The notes under the pieces are model-generated. The model did not search any database, had not been told where the DNA came from, and saw only the letters and a program-made list of their open reading frames with translations. Below, piece after piece: positions 28,332-37,049 of a stretch of DNA of 64,000 nucleotides (positions are counted from its first letter, which is position 1; every line of letters begins with the position of its first letter). Made by a program: the position numbers and the translations under genes. The stretch spans positions 2,333-66,332 of the forward strand of contig JAYPOA010000001.1 in NCBI GenBank assembly GCA_038130705.1. Reading direction: 5' to 3'. This stretch comes from Methanobacteriota archaeon. Lineage in GTDB: Archaea; Thermoplasmatota; Poseidoniia; Poseidoniales; Poseidoniaceae.

Positions 28332-30229
28332 GCGCTCCAAAAAGAATAATGCAATTGGATGATTATACAATAGGACATATTGCTGCAGGTGAGGTTGTTG
28401 AAAGACCTGCGCAAGTAGTAAAAGAACTAATTGAAAATTCAATTGATGCTGGTTCTACACAAGTTTCTATAGATATTGAAAGGGGAGGATTTGACCTCAT
28501 CAAAATTTCAGATAACGGTTCAGGAATCCATCCAGATGACCTTTCTCTATGTTTAGACAGACATGCTACTAGTAAACTGAAATCACAAAGCGACCTCGCT
28601 GAGATATACACTCTTGGATTTAGAGGTGAAGCCCTTGCGAGTATAGGCATGGTAAGTAAAATAACCGTTTCATCCCGAATAAAAGAAGGTGAAGGATTTG
28701 CAATATCTATGGATAATGGAATCAAGAATTCTGTTTTGCCAATTGGGATGGGTGAAGGAACGATAATCTCAGTAGAGAATTTATTTGCGAAGCAACCAGC
28801 AAGACTCGCATTCCAGCGAAGGCCTTCAACAGAAGTTAGCAGAGTAGTAGACATAGTAATTTCACATGCAGTATCGAACAAAGATGTAGGTTTTCGTTTA
28901 ACAAATGATGACAAAATAATCCTCGATGTACCTGCGGTTTTAGAAATGGATGATCGGCTATACGACGTACTTGGCCATCAGGCAGGAAAAATGATACAAT
29001 TATTTTCACCAAAGATTGACGAAGATGCTCCCGGTGAAGAAGAGTGGTCTGGTTGGATTTCAACACCTGACATTACAAGAGGAAAAGGCGACGATATTCA
29101 TATTTTGATTAATTCAAGGCCGGTTGCAGCCCAACCTTTCTTGCAGACAATTAGAAGAGGATACAAAACGAGATTAATGCAGGGAAGACATCCTGTTGCT
29201 GTTTTGAATTTGGAAATCCCTCATCAGGAAGTTGACGTGAATGTACACCCAACAAAAAGTGAGGTGCGCCTAAAGAACTCCTGGAGGGTACTGGAAAGAT
29301 TGGAAAGGGCTATTTCTCATACTCTTGAATCAACCCCAACAGAACCCGAATCCAGTGGAGGAATCACAGGCATAGTCTCATTATCAAATAATAATGAAAT
29401 CAAACACAATACCAACAAACCGGCTTGGGCTACAACCGCTCAAATTTCATTATCCGGCGAAATTGCAAAGGAAGAAAAACAAAAGGTTCAACCAAGGCCG
29501 ATTTCAACCTCTGAATTTTCTCAACAAACAATAACTGGGCAGAAACCCACAGCTCCTGCTTTATCGTCAGAAGAAAGACAATTGCACAGACATGCTGGTA
29601 TGGATTCGGAAAATCCTGCAAATAGTAATCCAATCGGTCCTGTGATAAACGATTTACCAGAGATGGAACCATTGGCACAATTTGCGGATTCATATATTTT
29701 AGTTCAAACAAATGAGGAATTACTTCTGATTGACCAGCATGCACTTCATGAAAGGGTCAGATATGAAAGATTGAGACATAATGAAGAAATTTGGAAATCC
29801 CAACCAAGGATTAATTCAATTCCTCTTAATCTAGACGCAAGACAGCTATCAAGGCTTGAATCAAGAATAGAAGATTTTTCAAAGATAGGGTTTGAATTCA
29901 ATAAGACAAGTTCAGGATATGAAATAACAAGCGCTCCTGCAATTTTTGCTGCAGAAAACCTTGAGCCATTCATTCATGACATAATCCTCGACATGAATGA
30001 GGATGGTGCGCCACTTGAGACTCTAGAACAAAGAAAGGACCATTTTGCATTCCTCAACGCATGTAGGGGAGCCGTGAAAGCAAACGAAAAATTGAACCTC
30101 GCACAAATGCGTAGACTATTGGACGATATGAGGCGAATCCCTAACCCTTGGGCGTGCGTTCATGGAAGACCTACTGCCATGAGAATCCCACTTAATTCAT
30201 TAGACCATCACTTTGGAAGGCACGGATAA
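28328..30229 (+). CDS. mutL: DNA mismatch repair endonuclease MutL
   Basis: IAAGEVVERP, ENSIDAG, GFRGEAL, DVNVHPTK, DQHALHER endonuclease motif, ACR, CVHGRP. Confidence 0.97.
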   Translation: MSAPKRIMQLDDYTIGHIAAGEVVERPAQVVKELIENSIDAGSTQVSIDIERGGFDLIKISDNGSGIHPDDLSLCLDRHATSKLKSQSDLAEIYTLGFRGEALASIGMVSKITVSSRIKEGEGFAISMDNGIKNSVLPIGMGEGTIISVENLFAKQPARLAFQRRPSTEVSRVVDIVISHAVSNKDVGFRLTNDDKIILDVPAVLEMDDRLYDVLGHQAGKMIQLFSPKIDEDAPGEEEWSGWISTPDITRGKGDDIHILINSRPVAAQPFLQTIRRGYKTRLMQGRHPVAVLNLEIPHQEVDVNVHPTKSEVRLKNSWRVLERLERAISHTLESTPTEPESSGGITGIVSLSNNNEIKHNTNKPAWATTAQISLSGEIAKEEKQKVQPRPISTSEFSQQTITGQKPTAPALSSEERQLHRHAGMDSENPANSNPIGPVINDLPEMEPLAQFADSYILVQTNEELLLIDQHALHERVRYERLRHNEEIWKSQPRINSIPLNLDARQLSRLESRIEDFSKIGFEFNKTSSGYEITSAPAIFAAENLEPFIHDIILDMNEDGAPLETLEQRKDHFAFLNACRGAVKANEKLNLAQMRRLLDDMRRIPNPWACVHGRPTAMRIPLNSLDHHFGRHG

Positions 30230-30232
30230 ATT

Positions 30233-31372
30233 TCAATCCACAATCAAACCACAATTTTGCAATTGCTGAATGAAGGATGGCCAAGCAATTTCGTGTAAAT
30301 TCTTACCTTCAATAGTAGCTCCACAAATAGAGGCCAATATCACCGCAGTCATCTGTATTCGATGGTCGCGATAAGTCTTCACTATTTGTTTTGGAGTAAT
30401 TGGAGTCTGACCTCCAGGAATATGTAGGCCGTCCTCGGTTTCTTTACAGTTAATCGAGAACTGTTCAAGCATTTTTCTCGTACAGGTTATTCGGTTTGAT
30501 TCCTTGAATGTGGCATGTTTTGCACCGCTAATAGTGCCCCCATCTGTTAGCGCAAGTATTGCTGCTAATGGTGTAATCAGGTCGTTAGAGTCTTTTAGGT
30601 TTAAATTGTTCAAATCATGACCTATCAAATCCTCATCTTTTGGTGGATTTTCTATGTCCAGTCCTGCGAGTTTACAAAAAGCAGTCATTGAAGGGTCAGG
30701 TGGGATCTTAACATCGGGACAGTTTACAACCCAGGGCAATCCGATTTCTTTTGCACCAGTTAATTTACATAAATCCCAAGTAAGATCTGAATGCTTTTGT
30801 GAAACTGATTTACCTGTTGTTACCAATTCGAAGCCATTAGTCCTCGGAGTCATCAACAAAATTGAAGATAAGTATTGGGATGAAATAGAAGTATCTATTG
30901 TAATTTTTTCAGAAATTACAGGGCCTTTGACCTTCATCGGCAAAAAATCATCACCCAATCTAGCGTAGTTAATTTTTAGAGATTCTAAAAGTGGTAAGGA
31001 GGTTCTTACTCGGAGGCTTGAGTCTCCATCAAAGGTTATCTCACCGTCACATGTTGCTACCTGTCCAATCAAAAAACGCAAGGCGGTTCCACTATTTTTA
31101 CAGTCCAATGTATCGGTATTGAATTTCAATTCACCACCGCGCATAATTTTGTCTCGATATATCAGACCCAAATCAGACAAGCAATCTATCATAGCTTGTA
31201 CATCTTTGCCAATTTCATGCATTTTAATTTCGGTAGGGTTAGAATCCATACTTGCCAATAACAACCATCGCATTGCATGGCTTTTTGATGGTGGCAATTT
31301 CAAACTACCAACAAGTTTACTCGGCTTGATAGAAATTGATTGAAGGGAATCATCAATTTTATCACCGCTCAT
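30233..31372 (-). CDS. aroA: EPSP synthase (compact form)
   Basis: PPSKSH.MR, NSGTALR, SSQYLS, KESNRI, DHRIQM, WPSF. Confidence 0.88.
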   Translation of the reverse strand: MSGDKIDDSLQSISIKPSKLVGSLKLPPSKSHAMRWLLLASMDSNPTEIKMHEIGKDVQAMIDCLSDLGLIYRDKIMRGGELKFNTDTLDCKNSGTALRFLIGQVATCDGEITFDGDSSLRVRTSLPLLESLKINYARLGDDFLPMKVKGPVISEKITIDTSISSQYLSSILLMTPRTNGFELVTTGKSVSQKHSDLTWDLCKLTGAKEIGLPWVVNCPDVKIPPDPSMTAFCKLAGLDIENPPKDEDLIGHDLNNLNLKDSNDLITPLAAILALTDGGTISGAKHATFKESNRITCTRKMLEQFSINCKETEDGLHIPGGQTPITPKQIVKTYRDHRIQMTAVILASICGATIEGKNLHEIAWPSFIQQLQNCGLIVD

Positions 31373-31465
31373 AGAGAATCCCCCGATATATGTGCCAAAT
31401 CCCCATTAGAAATGAATGGTTGTATGAGAGTATAATTCAAATGATTCAAACATCTCGAATGTAAT

Positions 31466-32437
31466 ATGGTCGAGGATAAGAGAGGTCGCCCATTTAGGGA
31501 CCTTCGTATTTCTCTGACCGACAGATGCAACATGAGATGCAGATATTGCATGCCACGTGAGCATTTCTCTGGAGACCATCAATTTCTGGACAAGAGTGAA
31601 ATTCTATCATATGAAGAAATTTCTTTCGTAGTCAAATCAATGTTGCCACTTGGATTAGAAAAAGTAAGATTGACAGGTGGAGAACCACTACTAAGAAGAG
31701 ACATTGGAGAACTAATTAGCCAGCTACCAAATAAATTAGACATAGCACTTACAACCAATGGATTACTTTTGGGAGATAATGCCGAGATGTTGATGAATTC
31801 CGGATTGGATAGAGTTACGGTCTCACTAGATGCGATCGATGTGAAAACTTTCCAAGAAATGGGAGATACAAAGGAAAATCCAGAGAAGGTCCTAAATGGA
31901 ATTCAATCTGCTTTGGATGTAGGATTACAAGTCAAGGTAAATACCGTAATAAGAAAGGGCATCAATGAGCACTCAGTGAATCAAATCTCCGAACATTTCG
32001 AAGGTACAGATGTAATAGTTCGATTCATCGAATTCATGGATGTGGGCGAAACTAATTCATGGGATTTGGAGGAGGTTTTCACAGGAGATGAAATGAGAAA
32101 ATTGCTTTTGCCATTATCTCCAATAAGTGGCAACTACGAAGGAGAAGTTGCAAATCGGTATCAAAAAGGATCACAAGAATTAGGATTTATCGAAAGTGTA
32201 TCCAAACCATTCTGCCACTCCTGTAATAGAGCAAGGCTATCTGCTGATGGCCAAATTTACACTTGTCTTTTTGCAAACAAAGGGAATGATTTGAAATCAT
32301 TAATCCGAATGGGTGCAACGGAATCTGATATTCAAAACGCGATGAAGACAATTTGGAGTAATAGGGATGATGCCTACTCTGAAAATAGAGGAAAGGTAAG
32401 CCATTCAAAGGTAGAGATGTCTTACATTGGTGGTTAA
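31466..32437 (+). CDS. moaA: GTP 3',8-cyclase, radical SAM
   Basis: LRISLTDRCNMRCRYC, LTGGEPLLR, RFIEFM, FCHSCNRARL...C, C-terminal MSYIGG. Confidence 0.96.
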   Translation: MVEDKRGRPFRDLRISLTDRCNMRCRYCMPREHFSGDHQFLDKSEILSYEEISFVVKSMLPLGLEKVRLTGGEPLLRRDIGELISQLPNKLDIALTTNGLLLGDNAEMLMNSGLDRVTVSLDAIDVKTFQEMGDTKENPEKVLNGIQSALDVGLQVKVNTVIRKGINEHSVNQISEHFEGTDVIVRFIEFMDVGETNSWDLEEVFTGDEMRKLLLPLSPISGNYEGEVANRYQKGSQELGFIESVSKPFCHSCNRARLSADGQIYTCLFANKGNDLKSLIRMGATESDIQNAMKTIWSNRDDAYSENRGKVSHSKVEMSYIGG

Positions 32438-32931
32438 CTCTCGATTACAGGTAGTCTCAGTTTTCCAAGTACTGTATTACTGCCCGTATCTACTAATTCG
32501 AGAGTGTGGTGGCCAGTATTACAATCCAAATTCTGACAATTTATTACAAAATAATCTCCTTTTGTCACAGACCATCCTGCATCTCTATCATGGAATGAAA
32601 TGTTTGCTCCAACCGTGCCATATACATCGGCGTCATCTGCAAATCCAGAGGAGTCGACTAATCTGCTTCCACTCATGTTTACAATCGACCACTTGATTTT
32701 TGCAGGGTCAAGAGACTGGTCAATACTTGTTATGGTTACAACGTGATATCCATTGGATAAACCTCTAACCGAGAATGACGCCTTAGGGTCATCTTTTTCT
32801 ACGCTGTCAAAAGTACTTGACATCATTATGAAAACCATGCTTGAAAGTAACACAGTGATTGCAAGTAATAACACAGTAGCAATGACAGGGCTTACTGCTT
32901 CTTCGTCCCTGTGCATGTCTAATCCCATCAC
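32434..32931 (-). CDS. Archaeal type IV pilin-like protein (class III signal peptide)
   Basis: RDEEA|VSPVIATVLLLAITVLL prepilin pattern. Confidence 0.88.
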   Translation of the reverse strand: MMGLDMHRDEEAVSPVIATVLLLAITVLLSSMVFIMMSSTFDSVEKDDPKASFSVRGLSNGYHVVTITSIDQSLDPAKIKWSIVNMSGSRLVDSSGFADDADVYGTVGANISFHDRDAGWSVTKGDYFVINCQNLDCNTGHHTLELVDTGSNTVLGKLRLPVIES

Positions 32932-32985
32932 TTCGATACTATTGAATCAACCGCTAATTTTGGTTACCTAGTACTAATTTTTCTA

Positions 32986-34092
32986 TCACACTATCCACAG
33001 CATACGTCTACAAGTGACAGCTCTCCAAATGATTCCTTTTGTCAGTCTGTTGAATAAAAGATTCAGAATAAAGTCGGGAAGCCTGAACATCAAACTACCT
33101 AATTTGAATGAAAATTTTGAATTTCTCATGACCTTACCCATTTGTTTTTTCCATCTCTTTTCATATTCATGCAAAGATGTGCCGTTTTGTAAATGTTCAC
33201 AGATAACTTGTCCAGCAATCCTTCCTCCAATCATTGCTATAGTAATCCCGGCACCATTGGATGGAAGAACCATTCCAGCAGAATCTCCAACAATTAGGTA
33301 ATTATCTTTGACGAAATTCTTGACAGTTCCAGACATTGGTAGCGAGCCCGCGCCTCTGAAAGTAATTTCGCCATCGTATTTCGAAACAAATTCATCTGTA
33401 TATTGATTGAGGTTCTTTTTCTTGGAAAAGCTCCTTTGGATCCCAAGCCCTATGTTTGCTCCATCGCATTTCGGAAACATCCATGCGTAACCACCAGGAG
33501 CCATTGAACCAAAATGTAGTTCAACGGCGTCACCAAAATCACCATCCATTAACACAAATTTGACAGGTATTTTCAAGGATTTTTCATTCCAGTAATCCCT
33601 CCTAATTGGACCATTATGTCCAGCCGCATCTACAATTATTTTAGCTGAATATTTGTCGCCATTTTTCAAAAGAACATCATTACCAGATACCTTTTCAACC
33701 CTCGAATCGACAAGAAATGTTGCTCCAGATTTTTTTGCCATTTCTACTAAGTTTTCGTCATGAGCAACTCGATTTAGCATATATCCTTCAAAATCGAAAA
33801 TTAAAGGTTTACCTGAAGGAGGTACGATGTGCATTTTGTCTACCTTACGAGATATAGCGTGTTCAGGAGTTTGGTACAAGTCATCAACATCTGGTACATC
33901 AGGACATAATCTCTTCATTTCTTCATTTGTTGGGACTAATTCTCCACATTGTAGAGGTGAGCCAATCGGGTCCCTCCCATCTATTACGAGGACATCCAAT
34001 CCTCCTTCAGAAGCATACCTCGCTACTGTACTCCCTGCAGGGCCACCACCAATTACAATGACGTCTGCATCGAAATTTGTTGAAATTTCCAT
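32986..34092 (-). CDS. Geranylgeranyl reductase family flavoprotein
   Basis: DVIVIGGGPAGS, PLQCGE, GGYAWMFP, VGDSAG.V.P.NGAGI; ATG 34092 with GAGGTG RBS. Confidence 0.9.
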   Translation of the reverse strand: MEISTNFDADVIVIGGGPAGSTVARYASEGGLDVLVIDGRDPIGSPLQCGELVPTNEEMKRLCPDVPDVDDLYQTPEHAISRKVDKMHIVPPSGKPLIFDFEGYMLNRVAHDENLVEMAKKSGATFLVDSRVEKVSGNDVLLKNGDKYSAKIIVDAAGHNGPIRRDYWNEKSLKIPVKFVLMDGDFGDAVELHFGSMAPGGYAWMFPKCDGANIGLGIQRSFSKKKNLNQYTDEFVSKYDGEITFRGAGSLPMSGTVKNFVKDNYLIVGDSAGMVLPSNGAGITIAMIGGRIAGQVICEHLQNGTSLHEYEKRWKKQMGKVMRNSKFSFKLGSLMFRLPDFILNLLFNRLTKGIIWRAVTCRRMLWIV

Positions 34093-34096
34093 CACC

Positions 34097-35071
34097 TCAA
34101 GAATTCCTATCCCTAACCATTGATATAACAAAAGAAAGTAAGGTTTTTGCTTCACAATCATCGAAATTTTCGAGATAATTTTTTGCCCTTTGAAGGTGAT
34201 TATTTACCAAAATTTCTGAGTAGTTCATGCTATCTCCAATATTCAATAATTCAATCAACCTGTCAAACTTGGTATCATCAAAATTTGTGATTATGTTAGC
34301 TAGTTCTTCTCTTTCTGGTCCGTGAAGAATAGTTAATGCATGTATTAGCGGTAAAGTCATTTTACCTTCGTACACGTCACTACCTCTATTTTTTCCAATT
34401 CGTTCGTCTCCTGTAATATCCAACAGGTCATCGACCAATTGGAAGGCAATCCCTAATTCCATTCCAAACTGGAATAATTTGTCACACTGTTTTGAATCAG
34501 AATTTGCGACCATCGCTGCTCCTTTCGCAGCGGCAGCAAATGGCCCTGCTGTTTTGCCCCTTACGATTTGTAAGTAGTCTTCTGGCGTTGTTGCCAAATT
34601 CAATACATGATCTATTTGCATGAATTCAGCACTCGCTATCTCGGCACAGCAATTTGCCATTACTCTAACAACATCTTCATCATATATGCCACCTAAGCCA
34701 AATCCTTGAACAAATAACCAATCACCGCCTATTATGGCTTTGGCTTGACCTACCAAAGAATGCATTGTAGGCCTGCCTCTCCGAACATCTGAATTATCAT
34801 TTATGTCATCATGAACAAGTGTCGCAGTGTGGATTAACTCAAATGCCATAGATAGGGGCAAAATCTCCTCGAAATCTTCACCACCAGCAAGTTGGTACAC
34901 GAGATAGGTAATTATCGGACGCAATCTTTTCCCGCCCGCTAGAAGGATCTCTCCAGAAACTTCTGCAACATGACCGTAAATTGATTTCTGTTCTTCGATT
35001 AATGACTCAAGATTTGCATTGATAATTACTCGAATTTCTTCGAGTTTATCCATTGCAACATCTGCGTCCAT
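34097..35071 (-). CDS. Polyprenyl diphosphate synthase
   Basis: GGKRLRP, FARM DDIND..RRG, GKT, SARM FQLVDDLLD. Confidence 0.93.
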   Translation of the reverse strand: MDADVAMDKLEEIRVIINANLESLIEEQKSIYGHVAEVSGEILLAGGKRLRPIITYLVYQLAGGEDFEEILPLSMAFELIHTATLVHDDINDNSDVRRGRPTMHSLVGQAKAIIGGDWLFVQGFGLGGIYDEDVVRVMANCCAEIASAEFMQIDHVLNLATTPEDYLQIVRGKTAGPFAAAAKGAAMVANSDSKQCDKLFQFGMELGIAFQLVDDLLDITGDERIGKNRGSDVYEGKMTLPLIHALTILHGPEREELANIITNFDDTKFDRLIELLNIGDSMNYSEILVNNHLQRAKNYLENFDDCEAKTLLSFVISMVRDRNS

Positions 35072-35151
35072 GCACCTTGCGACAAGGGTCGACTTCTTAA
35101 TGAGTGGTTGACGCCCACAAACTGCTGGAGTAATCCGGCCGAGGTGATCCG

Positions 35152-36264
35152 TTGGAATCTAATAACAGGTTTGAGATACTTGTTGCTCCAGAAAATGGTG
35201 ACGGTGTTCACAATCAAATCGTTAAGTTGCTATCGAACAAATCAGAAAATATTGAGCTTGAAGCAAAACATATCCCTCACATCGAATCTGCCATTTCACT
35301 TCTGAAACAAGGACATGGTGACCTTGTAGCAGTTTCTGGAAAATGGTGGTACGAAAACAAAGATTCCGAATTATCCGCAAAATTAGTTTTACCGCGTAGA
35401 GAACCAACGAGAGTATTGGTCGGCGAAAATAAACCTGAATATCTACCAAAATCAGCCATCATAATAGCTGATTCAGAGCTTGTCAAGAGACAATTGCTTA
35501 GATTTAGGAATGATTTGAAGATTTCACTTCCAAACGAAATCGAGAATTGTCCCGATAGAGATCTGGAATTAGTATCCCATTTAGAAAAAATGAGACTACA
35601 AGGTGAAATAGATAGCTATGTAACAACAAGATCACTATATTCATCTCTCGGAAGTAAATCAAGAAGGCACACGCTTGGACTACAGAAAAATAATGAAGAA
35701 AGAGCTCGTTTCATTCCAGTACCACTAGAAGGCTACACGATTTTGCTTACAAGACAAGATTTTCCTCATTCGAAATTAAATTCTATAATTGATGTTGGTG
35801 CTACACTTTCATTCAGATTAGAAATGACAATTTTAGACAACGTACCTCAAAACATGCATGATAAAGTTGGATTGTATATCGAACAAAGGAAGTTAGGTGC
35901 TCTATTGAGAGAGGCAAACAAAGCAGGCGATGAATTTGCGTTGAGAGAAATTTCGATTCACCAGAAGAAACATTCGGAAAATAAAACAAGAATTGAATTA
36001 TTTCTTGAAACAATAAACAAAGATGGAACAGTTACTGCATCAGTTGATAGAGTATTTACAATCGAAGAAAGCCATTCTGCACTCGTAACCGCATTGAAAG
36101 ACTGGACTCAAATGATTGAAATTTTAATGGAAAAACCGACTGAAGAAAAAAGAGGTCGGATGAAAGAAATCATGGATGTTTACATTCAATCCATGATAGA
36201 ACAAAAGCGAATTAATGAAGACGAAATATTCGACTCAAAGTTAGATGAATCTGATTTTGAGTGA
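35152..36264 (+). CDS. Degenerate hydroxymethylbilane synthase (HemC)-like protein
   Basis: Colinear with the HemC pattern (G..DL.., LPRREP..VLV, LP..A.I...S....QLLR.R.DL, GEID, F.P.P..G) but catalytic motifs altered; TTG start with GAGGTGA RBS. Confidence 0.55.
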   Translation: MESNNRFEILVAPENGDGVHNQIVKLLSNKSENIELEAKHIPHIESAISLLKQGHGDLVAVSGKWWYENKDSELSAKLVLPRREPTRVLVGENKPEYLPKSAIIIADSELVKRQLLRFRNDLKISLPNEIENCPDRDLELVSHLEKMRLQGEIDSYVTTRSLYSSLGSKSRRHTLGLQKNNEERARFIPVPLEGYTILLTRQDFPHSKLNSIIDVGATLSFRLEMTILDNVPQNMHDKVGLYIEQRKLGALLREANKAGDEFALREISIHQKKHSENKTRIELFLETINKDGTVTASVDRVFTIEESHSALVTALKDWTQMIEILMEKPTEEKRGRMKEIMDVYIQSMIEQKRINEDEIFDSKLDESDFE

Positions 36265-36882
36265 CTAATCTTCACCTGTCAATTCTCTAATCCTCTGACG
36301 CGATTTTTCAATATTTTCAGGATCTCGATTTTCTCCTGCTAAAATTACATCATAGCCGTTATTATTCATTTCTCGGCTCAAACTAACTAATTCAATAGGT
36401 GGATTTGCATCAACGACTTCTGCAATTGATTCATCGATTTCTCTTGCTGAGGATTCCCATGAACCTGACATTTTCAGCAAGTCTTTTGCCATTCTTTCAA
36501 TGATGTCAACAGCAGATGGGGGCCTGGCCAAGGCACCTTGTATTCGTGCTACTGAGTCCATATGCAATGTTCTCAATTCACCCAGTCTTGCTGCTGTAGC
36601 GAGAATTTGAGTAACCATTGTTTCCCTATCCCCGCCTTTGACTAATTTTTTGCGAGATTTCTCCAATTCTTTTAGAACTTCTGAGGAACCCGCAACAATG
36701 GCATCTTGAATTGAAGATACTTCATTAAGGATTTTTTGTACAGACTCGACCCTATCTTTCATCTCTTCTTCGAGTCTTATTTCCTCTCTTCTGAAATCTT
36801 GCTTAATCGAATTAACGATTCCTGCGGAGAGCGCAGTAGCCTCTTTTAGCGATGATTTTGCGGCCCTTTCATAACGCCCCAT
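36265..36882 (-). CDS. Hypothetical all-helical/coiled-coil protein
   Basis: 205-aa ORF rich in E/K/R/A/L heptads. Confidence 0.65.
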   Translation of the reverse strand: MGRYERAAKSSLKEATALSAGIVNSIKQDFRREEIRLEEEMKDRVESVQKILNEVSSIQDAIVAGSSEVLKELEKSRKKLVKGGDRETMVTQILATAARLGELRTLHMDSVARIQGALARPPSAVDIIERMAKDLLKMSGSWESSAREIDESIAEVVDANPPIELVSLSREMNNNGYDVILAGENRDPENIEKSRQRIRELTGED

Positions 36883-36957
36883 AACTCGGCCTCAACAACC
36901 GTTGTGAAGACAAGGGTTTCAATATGTTGACGCTTTTGTAAATTAGAGGTCTGAAAT

Positions 36958-36992
36958 AGAAAAAATAGTGCGATAATCGCCATTTTTTTTCT
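36958..36992. promoter_or_regulatory. Imperfect palindrome in divergent intergenic region
   Basis: A-tract...GCGAT-A-ATCGC...T-tract between divergent genes. Confidence 0.3.
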
Positions 36993-37049
36993 CGTTGGAG
37001 GGTGCAACCTCAAATATGTAGAGTGAACGAATATCTCCGAGGTAGTTGT

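Noticed and set aside
36265..36882. ESCRT-III/PspA-like assignment
   Set aside because: Only generic coiled-coil character; no Vps4/CdvC neighbour or recognisable motif.
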